DNA from: an uncultured delta proteobacterium
Lineage (GTDB): Bacteria > Desulfobacterota > WTBG01
Length of the DNA stretch: 64,000 nt
Direction: 5' to 3'
NCBI GenBank assembly: GCA_963793865.1
Contig: CAWCBP010000001.1
Location: 1,206,998-1,270,997, forward strand
The notes beneath the pieces are model-generated. The model made no database searches and had not been told where the DNA came from. It saw only the letters and a list, made by a program, of their open reading frames with translations. Numbering within the stretch: position 1 is the first letter of the stretch; the number at the start of each line of letters is the position of its first letter. Both the position numbers and the translations under genes were made by a program. Shown here piece by piece: positions 28,463 through 38,200 of this stretch.

Positions 28463-29719
28463 TCACCGGTACACGGGCACAAAAATATTTTTTGCCCGTC
28501 GCGCGGCGACGGCGGATTCATAAAAGGCATACTTTCGTACCGCCTGTATCAGCTTCATCAGGCTTATGCCCCTGATGGTGCCCCCCGGGCGGTTTTCCAG
28601 CATTTCGGCGGTTGTCTCATCAATGCTGAAGCTGCCTGTTTCCAGGTACCGGGCATAACCGGCGGCATCCATCCGAAACACGCCTGCCTCCAGCAGCGAG
28701 GCCAGCAGCTCCCCTCCCCCGTCCCCGGCCTCCCTGGTTTCAATGAAATTATTTTTCTCCATTCCATGGAGGATGGCATCAACTTCCCTGCTCCGGCAGG
28801 TGACATCGTTCCAGCCCCACTCTTCTGACATGGTCTTGCCGAAGGTAACGTCAGACAGCCGTGCGGTGTATGACGGGTAGCAGAGCAGGCATCCCAGATT
28901 GAGAGCGGAAAAGTTCCGGTTCGCGTCAGGCACCCGTTTAACCGTACCGTCCAGAAGCTCCACCGACGGATTACCATGATCGTAAAACCACCTTTTAAGA
29001 TCTGATTCCTTAAGATTCATCCCGGCCAGCAGCAGGTCCACCCCGCGGGGGCTGTTGCTGAAGAAGCAGGTCAGGCCCACCAGGAACCGTATGTTGCCGA
29101 CCAGCTCGCGGCACCGCCTGCCCGCTGGAGAATCCTCAAGCGCTACAAACTGGGCCTTGCGCAGTGCCTCAATGTGACAGGCATTGCCCACGACCGCAAC
29201 CCGTTCACCTGCAACCGGAAGCCGGGACAAAAGGGGATTTACCGTCGGCTTGGTAAAAGCGCATTCCAGCGCATCCTGCGCATCCTCGGCCACCCTCGGC
29301 TTGGGATGCGCGCAATAGGGCAGGTCATGCATTTTGTCCGTCAAAAGGGCCGCATCGATCAGCTTCCGCTCAAACAGGTGCCGTATAAAGGCGGTGGTTG
29401 TGCCGCCGCTGTAGCCGGCTTCGCGCACCTTCGCGTCAGCGGCGCGCGCTAAAAATATCCGGGTGAAGCACCCCAGGAGCTCATCGTGGTTAATTGCCCC
29501 GTTTCTTTCCGCCAGGCTTTTTTCGATGGCACTGTAGGGCATTTCCACGCGGGGGCATACCTCGTAGCATATCTCGCAGCCGCTGCAGCTGTCTGAAATG
29601 ACCGGACGGTATCCCTCCTCAATCGTAATTGCATCCACCGGACAGGCCGCGGCACACATCCCGCACCCGCTGCACGCTTTCGTTTCGACGACCGTCGCTA
29701 TGGTATTCATGGCATTCAT
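28463..29719 (-). CDS. FrhB/FdhB-like (F420 hydrogenase beta family) protein with an N-terminal 2[4Fe-4S] domain
   Basis: CSGCGMCAAACP and CSGCEICYEVCP, SGGTTT, VGNACH, VGLTC, GCLLC and SDVTFG. Confidence 0.82.
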   Translation of the reverse strand: MNAMNTIATVVETKACSGCGMCAAACPVDAITIEEGYRPVISDSCSGCEICYEVCPRVEMPYSAIEKSLAERNGAINHDELLGCFTRIFLARAADAKVREAGYSGGTTTAFIRHLFERKLIDAALLTDKMHDLPYCAHPKPRVAEDAQDALECAFTKPTVNPLLSRLPVAGERVAVVGNACHIEALRKAQFVALEDSPAGRRCRELVGNIRFLVGLTCFFSNSPRGVDLLLAGMNLKESDLKRWFYDHGNPSVELLDGTVKRVPDANRNFSALNLGCLLCYPSYTARLSDVTFGKTMSEEWGWNDVTCRSREVDAILHGMEKNNFIETREAGDGGGELLASLLEAGVFRMDAAGYARYLETGSFSIDETTAEMLENRPGGTIRGISLMKLIQAVRKYAFYESAVAARRAKNIFVPVYR

Positions 29720-29772
29720 CCCTTTACCGGTTTGGGGCTATTGTAGTGCGTCATTGTTTTCTTTATTTATAT

Positions 29773-29993
29773 GTGGCTAAAGGGGGAGGGGCTTTTGACG
29801 CCACAACAATTTGTCTTTAGGCTTACGGCACGACCCGGTGCCTTACGACTTAAACCGCAGACAGGCAGCTTTGCGGAGACTTCGATACGGCTGTTACCAT
29901 GCGGGTCTGTCGGACAAAGTTAGAGAGATGCTGCCGTTCTACAGGTTCCGAATAATTTTGTTGTGGCTAAAAAGCCCCTCCCCTTTGAGCCAC
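29773..29993. repeat. ~36-bp inverted repeats flanking ~150 bp (MITE-related)
   Basis: GTGGCTAAAGGGGGAGGGGCTTTTGACGCCACAACA ... TGTTGTGGCTAAAAAGCCCCTCCCCTTTGAGCCAC; the same motif lies inside the 25.7 kb and 43.1 kb elements. Confidence 0.7.
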
Positions 29994-30068
29994 TGAACCT
30001 CTTCTACAGCATGGCATTCGAAACGCACAGGAGCCTTTTATAAGTAAAGATGTGCTGGACGCACTACA

Positions 30069-30752
30069 TTAGTACGATGCCTCAAGGTTTTGGAGCATGG
30101 TGATGAGGTGCACAGGAGGGGTCACCAGGGTCAGTTCATCAGGTGAGAGTTTCAGCGCCCGCCTCCATGCCCGGTCACTCACGGTAAACACAGGCTCATT
30201 GTCGATAAAAGCGCGGGGCAGGAGCATGCGGCAGGCGCCCATGCCCGCAAAGCCTCTGATCACGCTGCCCGTGGCGTAACAGTATGCCCGGGTCAGCCGG
30301 TGCACCTGCTCGGGGGTGGCCAGGATCACCAGCACATCCGGATGGGGAACGCTTCCCAGGGGCCCCATGAGAATGGCCTTAAACACCTCAGGGAAGCCGG
30401 GGAAAAGGGAGCGCGCCTCCCGCTCCGCCTTCTCCTGGATGGCCTCGGTCGGGAAAATGTTCACCGCATTCACATGGTAGCGCTCACTGTCCCGGCGCTG
30501 GTCTTCTGTCATGATGGAAAGGGCCGGATCAAGCCCTGTCGCCGCGCAGCCCAGGAGGCACACGTGATCTTCCAGGACGGTATAAAATGTCTTTCCCTCT
30601 TCGAGCACTTCCCCCATCATGTAGCAGATGTTGTTCTTGTCCCCGTATGCCTGGAAATCAGAAGGCACCTCCTTGCACTGTCTTAGGGCTACTACCTCCT
30701 TGCGGATTTTCAAATCTTCCTTTAATCGGTGCCTGAGAGACAGATCTTCCAT
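30069..30752 (-). CDS. DUF169-family protein
   Basis: ICY..., HVC.LG.AATG, PDVLVILATPEQ and GAC pattern. Confidence 0.75.
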   Translation of the reverse strand: MEDLSLRHRLKEDLKIRKEVVALRQCKEVPSDFQAYGDKNNICYMMGEVLEEGKTFYTVLEDHVCLLGCAATGLDPALSIMTEDQRRDSERYHVNAVNIFPTEAIQEKAEREARSLFPGFPEVFKAILMGPLGSVPHPDVLVILATPEQVHRLTRAYCYATGSVIRGFAGMGACRMLLPRAFIDNEPVFTVSDRAWRRALKLSPDELTLVTPPVHLITMLQNLEASY

Positions 30753-30763
30753 GTGGTATGCCT

Positions 30764-31582
30764 TTAACGGATTGGAACCAGGGTAATCTCAAAGAGCTTG
30801 GGCCACAGCTTCCCGGTCACAAACATGCGGTCATGCTCATCATCATAGGCAATACCGTTGAGCACATCGACAGGCTGGTCGTAGTCTTCAGCGCTCAACA
30901 GGCCGTCAAGCTTAATCCAGCCGGTAACTCTTCCCGTTTCCGGATCAATGCGCGCGACCTTCTCGGTTTTCCAGACATTGGCATACACCTCGCCCTCGAT
31001 ATACTCCAGTTCATTGAGCATGCCCACGGGACCCGTTTCGTCATGAACTCCTACCTGCCCCGTCAGCCTGAAGTCTGAAGGGTCAAGAAAATAGAGGGTT
31101 GCGCCGCCGGTGCTCATGATCAGGCGCTTTCCGTCATGGGTAAGCCCCCACCCTTCCGTCCCGTAGACAAACTGCTGCAGGAGCTCAAAGCTTTCCTTAT
31201 CATACACGAAGCCAACGCGGGATCTCCAGGTTAACTGAATGATCCGGTCCTGGAAAATGGTGATCCCCTCCCCGAAATACAGTCCCGGAAGGGTGTGCAG
31301 CTTCAGCACCTTGCCTGTATCCAGCTCCACCTTGCGGATCGAGGAGTTTCCGTTGAGCCCGGTTCCTTCATAGAGAAAGCCGTCTTCACATACAAGGCCC
31401 TGAGTAAAGGCGCTCCGGTCATGGGGATAGGTATTGACCACCCGGCAGGCATACCATGGCGTGGCATCATGATCCGAGCATGAAGGGAGGGGTAATAAAA
31501 GCAATACAACCAGGCAGGAGCGGCAGAAAAGCCTGGCAATAATGGACAACTTCACTTCCCGGGTCATAGTGTTTACTGTCAT
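30764..31582 (-). CDS. Glutaminyl-peptide cyclotransferase (lipoprotein)
   Basis: YPHDRSAFTQGL, FGEGIT, EGWGLT, LNELE, VLNGIAYD and TGKLWP. Confidence 0.95.
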   Translation of the reverse strand: MTVNTMTREVKLSIIARLFCRSCLVVLLLLPLPSCSDHDATPWYACRVVNTYPHDRSAFTQGLVCEDGFLYEGTGLNGNSSIRKVELDTGKVLKLHTLPGLYFGEGITIFQDRIIQLTWRSRVGFVYDKESFELLQQFVYGTEGWGLTHDGKRLIMSTGGATLYFLDPSDFRLTGQVGVHDETGPVGMLNELEYIEGEVYANVWKTEKVARIDPETGRVTGWIKLDGLLSAEDYDQPVDVLNGIAYDDEHDRMFVTGKLWPKLFEITLVPIR

Positions 31583-31656
31583 TGCTATTTCCTGCAGGTT
31601 GTCTGACCGGTATGGTTCACAGGACATGCATACAATAACCAGCTGATGTCTGCGTG

Positions 31657-31765
31657 GTCATTGCGAGCGCAGCGAAGCAATCTCAGTCTTCGTAACACGC
31701 TTCTTTCATTGTTAAAACATAAGATTGCTTCGTCGTCCCGCCGAGGAGGGACTCCTCGCAATGAC
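31657..31765. repeat. GTCATTGCGAG...CTCGCAATGAC palindromic repeat element
   Basis: Terminal inverted repeats plus an inner GAAGCAATCT/AGATTGCTTC inverted repeat. Confidence 0.75.
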
Positions 31766-31946
31766 TGGTTAGAACTATTATTCAAACGAGGAAATGTCCA
31801 GCAAACCATTATGAAACATTCTACCCTGTTTGGGGTTGGTATGGCAAATAAAAGTTTTCTTTATGCCTGCGGCAAGAAAACCGTTTGACCAATCGGGTTC
31901 ATTACGATACTCTTTTACAACCAGCATGACCATGAGAGGGACAATT

Positions 31947-32324
31947 ATGGAACTGCATTCCCCGGCGTCAGAACTTGTCCGGATTCTCTTTACCGCCCTC
32001 AACAGCCGCGATCTATCCCAGCTCGAGCAGCACCTCGCTGAAGATGCCGGTTTTGATTTTCCCGGGCCCGGTCTCATCCGCGGACGGAAGAAAATTATTC
32101 TCTTCTTAAAAATCCTTTTCAGAAAATTCAGCCGACTGACTTTTTCTTTGCAACGGATCATCGCGGAACAGGATTGTGCCTGCGCGGTCTGGACAAATGG
32201 GGGTGAAGATAAGACCGGGAAACCATACAGCAACCAGGGCATTACCCTGATGGAGATTAGGGAAGGTAAAATCACCTTTCTGAGCGATTATTTTAAAGAT
32301 ACCTCTTTTACCACCGGCGCATAG
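31947..32324 (+). CDS. SnoaL/NTF2-like protein
   Basis: LAEDA.FDFPG...G, Y.N.G and GKI....DYF.DT. Confidence 0.82.
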   Translation: MELHSPASELVRILFTALNSRDLSQLEQHLAEDAGFDFPGPGLIRGRKKIILFLKILFRKFSRLTFSLQRIIAEQDCACAVWTNGGEDKTGKPYSNQGITLMEIREGKITFLSDYFKDTSFTTGA

Positions 32325-32393
32325 AACCGGGATTAAAAAATAATTAATTATTTAATAATATCAATTATATATATCTATTACCTTAATAATAAC

Positions 32394-33062
32394 ATGAACA
32401 TTGTAGCCTTTCATGGCAGCCCCCGAAAAAACAGCAACAGCTCATACATGCTCCGGGAGTTTCTCAGGGGCGCTCTGGAACGGCAGGCTCATGTTGATGA
32501 AGTTTTTGCCGACCGAGCTACGGTGACTAACTGCAGGGGCTGCCTGAAATGCAATCTTATAAAGCGATGTTCCATAAAGGGGGATGACTGGGAAACCCTG
32601 CGCCTGAAAATTCTCAATGCTGACGTACTTGCCTTTGCGTCACCGATTTACTTCCATCATCTGACCGCCCCGCTTAAAAAGATCCTGGACAGGTTTCGCT
32701 CTTTCATGCACGTGCAGATAACCGGGGAGGGCCTTAATCATAGACCCTGGCAGGAGTGGAAGAAGCACTTTGTGCTCCTCCTCTCCCAGGGATCCCCAGA
32801 TGCCGCCGACGCAGAGCCGGTGATTGATCTTTTTACCTTCCTCACCCATGCACTGGGTCCCGGAAACAGCCTCCACACCATCGTGGGCACACGGCTGGCG
32901 GTCAAAGGACAGGTGACCATGAACGGGGAAGAGCTCAGCTCCCTGTATGCCAAGCTGGAGCTGCCTGCCTCCCTGGCAGACACAGACCGACAGCGTAACC
33001 AGGCACTTTTACAATCGTGCTATGAGCTGGGACGCAGGCTGGCGGGAAAAAATGGTGTCTGA
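32394..33062 (+). CDS. Flavodoxin-family (iron-sulfur flavoprotein-like) protein
   Basis: HGSPRKNSNS, CRGCLKC....C...DD and ASPIYF. Confidence 0.88.
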   Translation: MNIVAFHGSPRKNSNSSYMLREFLRGALERQAHVDEVFADRATVTNCRGCLKCNLIKRCSIKGDDWETLRLKILNADVLAFASPIYFHHLTAPLKKILDRFRSFMHVQITGEGLNHRPWQEWKKHFVLLLSQGSPDAADAEPVIDLFTFLTHALGPGNSLHTIVGTRLAVKGQVTMNGEELSSLYAKLELPASLADTDRQRNQALLQSCYELGRRLAGKNGV

Positions 33063-33134
33063 CTTGCGTAATCGGGTTTTGTTTGGTAGATGTTAATCAA
33101 CCACTTTTAACAAATCTGGCAAGGAGGTAAAACG

Positions 33135-33638
33135 ATGAAATCATCAAAACGAACCACCATCATAGTGTCGCTGCTTGCTGTTTTTGTGCTGGCCGGCATT
33201 TCCGCTGCAGTTCAGGCGGCACCTCGCAGAGGAGACGGGGCGCTCCACAGGCCCGGTCATTTTATGAACATCATCGACTTCCTGCTCGATCTCGATCTTA
33301 CCCCGGAGCAGAAAAACGACCTGCAGGCAATTTTCACCGAAGCGCAGGACACCCTCAAGCCGTTGATGGGGGATATGCATGAATTACGGTCGGCAATGGA
33401 TGAAACGTTTTTAGGGGAAGAAATCGATTCGGCAAAGGCCTCGTCGCAGATAGAAGAGATGTCCCGGCTCAAGGCGCAGATAACCACGGCCGGTCTCAAT
33501 GCCATGCTGCAGGCGGCGCAGGTCCTCACTCCCGAGCAGCGTCAGACCATCATTGATACAAGGAATGAATGGAAAAGCTGCTTCACCCGCCTGCGGAATA
33601 TGATGCTCGGCCTCTTTGGCCAAGGCCCCGCGGACTAA
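33135..33638 (+). CDS. Spy/CpxP-family periplasmic chaperone
   Basis: Signal peptide and two LTPEQ motifs. Confidence 0.88.
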   Translation: MKSSKRTTIIVSLLAVFVLAGISAAVQAAPRRGDGALHRPGHFMNIIDFLLDLDLTPEQKNDLQAIFTEAQDTLKPLMGDMHELRSAMDETFLGEEIDSAKASSQIEEMSRLKAQITTAGLNAMLQAAQVLTPEQRQTIIDTRNEWKSCFTRLRNMMLGLFGQGPAD

Positions 33639-33645
33639 CCGGCTT

Positions 33646-34545
33646 TTATTTATATAAAAGCCTGGGCTGGCCTTCCAGCAGCTGTATCCAATTGTCAGCG
33701 ATTCTTTTAAAGGCATCCTTTACCGCACCGGGATCGGCAGAGGCCACCATCGGTGTTCCGCTGTCACCGCAGTCGACCATCTCCGGATCGAGGGGAATGC
33801 TCCCCAGGAAAGGAACCAGCATTTCCCTCGCCGCCTTTTCTCCCCCTCCCTTCTTAAAAAGATCGATGCTTGTGCCGCAGTGCGGACACATAAAGCCGCT
33901 CATATTTTCCACAATGCCCACCAGCGGAATCCCCAGGTGCCGGGCAAAGGTGACCGACTTCCTGCTGTCGAGCAGGGCCACGTCCTGCGGGGTGGTGACA
34001 ATGATCGCGCCGGCAACCCCCTTGATCAGATGGGCCACGCTGAGGGCTTCATCACCCGTTCCGGGAGGGAGATCAACAATCAGGAAATCGAGCTCGCCCC
34101 AGTCCACCTCACCAAGAAACTGCCGGATCAGGTTGTGCTTGAGGGGGCCGCGCCATATAACCGCATCGTCTTTTGACTGCAGGAAAAAACCGATGGACAT
34201 GACCTTGAGACCATAGGGGGTGGCAATCGGCGCCAGCCCTTCGGCCGCGGCGAAGGGGCGTTCGTCTTCAATCCCCATCATCTTGGGAATGTTGGGGCCG
34301 TGGATATCAGCGTCCATCAAGCCGACCCGGTAGCCCTCCATGGCGAGGGTCACCGCCAGGTTTGTGGCCACGGTGCTCTTCCCCACGCCGCCCTTGCCGC
34401 TCATGACCATGCACTTGTGTTTTATCGACGCCATCCTCTGCCGGAGCAGCCCCTGCTCATGGTCATCCTTCTTTTTGCTGTCACAGACATCACTCTTTCC
34501 GCAGTCTCCGCAGCTCTGTTTGTCATCGCAACTGTTTTCCGCCAT
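33646..34545 (-). CDS. mrp: Mrp/NBP35 (ApbC) Fe-S carrier ATPase
   Basis: SGKGGVGKST, DADIHGP, DLPPGTGD and ENMSGF.CPHC; Cys-rich N-terminus. Confidence 0.93.
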   Translation of the reverse strand: MAENSCDDKQSCGDCGKSDVCDSKKKDDHEQGLLRQRMASIKHKCMVMSGKGGVGKSTVATNLAVTLAMEGYRVGLMDADIHGPNIPKMMGIEDERPFAAAEGLAPIATPYGLKVMSIGFFLQSKDDAVIWRGPLKHNLIRQFLGEVDWGELDFLIVDLPPGTGDEALSVAHLIKGVAGAIIVTTPQDVALLDSRKSVTFARHLGIPLVGIVENMSGFMCPHCGTSIDLFKKGGGEKAAREMLVPFLGSIPLDPEMVDCGDSGTPMVASADPGAVKDAFKRIADNWIQLLEGQPRLLYK

Positions 34546-34773
34546 ACCTGCTCCCTGTTTGGATGAACTATAGTATTGATCTGACGCGAAGCATTGCATC
34601 ACCGGCCTTATCGAAACCCCATCGCCGCATCCGTATGCGCCGCCGGTGCGCTCCGCAGCCGACGCTTTTCCATGCTCCCGCCCCACTGCCCCGCGGGCGG
34701 CAAAAAAGTACTCAAGCCGGTGAGCGGCATTCCGATACCGTCCGTGTAATCCCCCTGCTCTGACCGATAGTAT

Positions 34774-34802
34774 TTGACAAAGGTGGCATATTTTTTTATT
34801 AT
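34774..34802 (+). promoter_or_regulatory. Sigma70-type promoter upstream of plsX
   Basis: TTGACA-N17-TATTAT. Confidence 0.6.
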
Positions 34803-34976
34803 GTCTTCCATTGTCAGCAGCAGAAGAGCTGATCCGCGCACATCCGAGAATGCCCCTCATTGGTTACTTCATCCATCTCCGGAAGCGAAGGGTGTGGGTC
34901 GTGCCTCATGGAAGAAGATGCGCATTGGATGTGAGTGCGGGACGGCAAACACCGGCAAAAGGTATACTCCACTCTT

Positions 34977-36059
34977 ATGCAAATTGCAAATCATACTGAC
35001 AGGATAAAAATTTCCCTTGATGCGATGGGAGGGGATTTTGCTCCCAAAACCACGGTCGAGGGCGCTGTGCAGGCAGCGCAGGAATTTAATATCGCCACCA
35101 TCCTGGTGGGCAACGAATCCGTGCTGGCGGAGGAATTGTCATCCTACGATCATTCGGGACTTCCCATTGAAATCAGGCATGCCCCCGAAATCATCACCAT
35201 GGATGAGTCTCCGCTCAACCTGATACGAAAAAAGAGGAACTCCTCGATCCGCGTCGCCTTTGATCTGGTGAAAAGCGGCGAGGCCCGGGCAGTTGTCACT
35301 GCGGGCAATTCGGGGGCGGCCTTAACCGCCGCTCTTTTCGTGCTGGACAACATCAGGGGCATTGACCGGCCGGCGATTGCCACCATCATGCCGACCCTCA
35401 CCGGATCGGTGATTGTGATTGACGCCGGTGCAAACACCATCTGCAAGCCCTTCAACCTGGTGCAGTTTGCCCTCATGGGTTCCGTGTACGGGCAATGTCT
35501 GCTGGGCACAAAGAACCCGCGCGTTGGCGTATTAAGCAACGGCGAGGAGGATTCCAAGGGCACCAAATTGACCCGGGAATCCAGCGCCCTGCTCAAGGAC
35601 AGCGCCCTCAATTACATCGGTTACGTTGAGGGCAAGGAGGTATTCAAAGGCGACGTGGATGTTGTGGTCTGTGACGGCTTTGTCGGCAACGTTCTGCTCA
35701 AGGTCAGCGAGGGCATTGCGGAGACCATCATAGCCGCCCTTAAAAACGAGATTCAGAAAAGCCTCTCCTCCCAGCTGGGCTATATCCTGGCAAAAAAGTC
35801 CTTCGATGATTTCAAGAAATGGTTTGACTACGCCAACTACGGCGGTTCGCCCCTGCTCGGGGTCAACGGGGGCGTCATTATAAGCCACGGCCGGTCAAAC
35901 GCGAAGGCCATAAAAAATGCCATCCGCGTAGCCAACGAACTGGTCCAACAAAAGGTAATAGAACATCTCGAAGACCAACTGAAAGAGAGCCGTGACCTCC
36001 ACACCGTGGGGAAAAAGCACGGCATTTTCGACAAGGTGTTCGGGAAAGAACCACACTAA
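34977..36059 (+). CDS. plsX: Phosphate acyltransferase
   Basis: DAMGGD, AGNSGA, IDRPAI, DAGAN, NGEE..KG, CDGFVGN and SHGRS. Confidence 0.96.
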   Translation: MQIANHTDRIKISLDAMGGDFAPKTTVEGAVQAAQEFNIATILVGNESVLAEELSSYDHSGLPIEIRHAPEIITMDESPLNLIRKKRNSSIRVAFDLVKSGEARAVVTAGNSGAALTAALFVLDNIRGIDRPAIATIMPTLTGSVIVIDAGANTICKPFNLVQFALMGSVYGQCLLGTKNPRVGVLSNGEEDSKGTKLTRESSALLKDSALNYIGYVEGKEVFKGDVDVVVCDGFVGNVLLKVSEGIAETIIAALKNEIQKSLSSQLGYILAKKSFDDFKKWFDYANYGGSPLLGVNGGVIISHGRSNAKAIKNAIRVANELVQQKVIEHLEDQLKESRDLHTVGKKHGIFDKVFGKEPH

Positions 36060-36249
36060 AAACCGCACCCACTTTCACAGCCCGCCCCGCTTGAGCACCT
36101 CATCAGTCCGGCACAACAAATAAACGTTCAGGATGATAACCATCCGTGGTCGGGGAGAGGGTTCGCTTGACATGCACAAATAGATATGTTAAATAATTAG
36201 CGATTTTTTCGGACTTAAGCCCGATAGAATAAGGACTAAGACTATTCTC

Positions 36250-36684
36250 ATGAAAAACAGATGCATCATTTGCATAGTTGCCTGCCTGATAACTTTTTCT
36301 GGGGGCATTAACAGCTTCGTGCTATGCTTCGGCCCTGACGGCCATATGCATATTGAATCAACCGTCAATGGGGTTGACTGCGGACACCGCGCGCTCTTAC
36401 CCGTTACGGAAGACGACCTCCAGCATCTTACATCGGATTCACCCGCTTCAACTGCACCCTGTTATTCCTGCACCGATATTCCCCTTGCATTCCCCCGTTA
36501 CCTGTTTGGACAAAACAGTTACGCGAGGTATCCAGATACCCATAAAACGGCAATCATGCTAGTCCTTCCTTCTGCTGCTTCCCAACACAGCCTTCAAGGC
36601 ATGCCTCCGGACTCTCGTCTCAAAGCGCCCATACGAAGTCATCACACCCTCAGTGATCTCTTAAGCATCTCTCTTCGCATTTAA
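36250..36684 (+). CDS. Small exported His/Cys-containing protein upstream of the metal efflux operon
   Basis: Hydrophobic N-terminus, VLCFGPDGHMHIE and CYSCTDIP. Confidence 0.65.
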   Translation: MKNRCIICIVACLITFSGGINSFVLCFGPDGHMHIESTVNGVDCGHRALLPVTEDDLQHLTSDSPASTAPCYSCTDIPLAFPRYLFGQNSYARYPDTHKTAIMLVLPSAASQHSLQGMPPDSRLKAPIRSHHTLSDLLSISLRI

Positions 36685-36798
36685 GAGCAATCTTTCCGGT
36701 ACCTGTCCCAGATCTCTTCCAGTATGTATCGATTGCCCGCGCACGATCGCGGGAAGCTCATCTTTTTGGATGGTACAGTATTCTGCAGGAGGTTTCCC

Positions 36799-38184
36799 AT
36801 GCGCTACACATTATGCAAAACCGCCCTCACCATATCTGTGTCGGCCTTGTTCATCGGGTACGCCACAGCAAAGGCTGACCGGCCATGGCCTGAACCGCGA
36901 CCGCTTGGTTCAGGCATTCCAACCTTCTCGGCTTCCGCACAACCGCCGGTAACCGACAACCGTCAGCGGACAATCGGAGCACCGGTTGAAACCATCACCA
37001 TCGATGACGCTCTGAAACGCGCCCTCATGAACAATCCGGAACTGGCTGCCTCGTCATGGGAGGCGCGGTCAGGAGAAGCACGAACCCACCAGGCGCGGCT
37101 CTACCCCAATCCCGAGATCGAGGTTGAAATCGAGGAATTCGGCGGATCAAAAGAGCAGGAAGACGGCGGAAAATCATCCGATTCACTCAAGCGCTTCGAC
37201 GGCGCGGAAACTACCGTCAAGATGAGCCAGCTCATTGAGCTGGGAGGGAAACGATCCAAGCGCACGCGGGCTGCAACACTTGAACACAGTGTGCTCGGAT
37301 GGGATTTTGAAGCCAGGCGCCTCGATCTGATCACCGAGGTCAGCACTTCCTTCATTGAGGTGCTGGCCCTTCAAAAAAGGCTCCTGCTGGCAGATGATCT
37401 GGTTCAACTATCGGAGGATCTTTTCAAAACCGTTACCGAGCGGGTCCGCGCCGGCAAGGTAGCACCCATAGAAGAAACAAATGCACAGATAGCGCTCTCC
37501 AACGTCCAGATCGGACGGCAACGGGTTATGCGAGATTTGGAGTCGGCACGCAAAAAGCTCGCGGCTACCTGGGGAAGCACAGCACCTGACTTTAAACAGG
37601 TAACCGGCGAAATCGAAAACGTATCCTCCCCGCCGTCATTTGAGCAACTGCTCAACGAAGTGTCACAAAATCCGGACATCGCACGCTGGAAAACCGAAGT
37701 CGAACAGCGCGAAGCCGCCCTTGAAGTAGCCAAGGCAGACCGGATATCGGACCTCACTCTCGGGGCCGGCATTAAATACCTTAATGAATCCGACGATGAA
37801 ACGTACCTGATGGCGTTATCACTTCCGCTGCCCCTTTTAAACCGCAACCAGGGAGGAGTGCTGGAAGCATCATACAATATCAGCAGGACAAAAGAGGAAG
37901 CCGCCGCTGCCGAGGTGAAAGTTGCCACAGCAGCGCATGAAACCTATCAGAACCTTTTGAGCGCTTTTGACGAAGTAACCACGCTTCGAAATATTGTCCT
38001 TCCCGGCGCTCTTACATCATTCAACGCCGCGCGCGAGGGTTATAGGGAAGGCAAGTTCAGTCACCTGATCGTCCTCGATGCCCAGCGCACGCTCATTGAA
38101 ACGGAACAGGAGTATGTAAATGCACTGGTCGATTACCACACGTCAAAATCTTCATTAGAGCGCCTTATTGCGAAGGAGCTCTAG
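36799..38184 (+). CDS. czcC: TolC-family outer membrane efflux protein (CzcC-like)
   Basis: ALMNNPEL, PNPEI, SQLIELGGKR, LPLPLLNRNQG and YREGK....VLDAQRT. Confidence 0.88.
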   Translation: MRYTLCKTALTISVSALFIGYATAKADRPWPEPRPLGSGIPTFSASAQPPVTDNRQRTIGAPVETITIDDALKRALMNNPELAASSWEARSGEARTHQARLYPNPEIEVEIEEFGGSKEQEDGGKSSDSLKRFDGAETTVKMSQLIELGGKRSKRTRAATLEHSVLGWDFEARRLDLITEVSTSFIEVLALQKRLLLADDLVQLSEDLFKTVTERVRAGKVAPIEETNAQIALSNVQIGRQRVMRDLESARKKLAATWGSTAPDFKQVTGEIENVSSPPSFEQLLNEVSQNPDIARWKTEVEQREAALEVAKADRISDLTLGAGIKYLNESDDETYLMALSLPLPLLNRNQGGVLEASYNISRTKEEAAAAEVKVATAAHETYQNLLSAFDEVTTLRNIVLPGALTSFNAAREGYREGKFSHLIVLDAQRTLIETEQEYVNALVDYHTSKSSLERLIAKEL

Positions 38185-38200
38185 ACAAGGGAGGTAGTAG

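Noticed and set aside
32333..32393. Very AT-rich 60-bp tract as a replication origin
   Set aside because: No DnaA boxes or dnaA context; most likely a promoter region.
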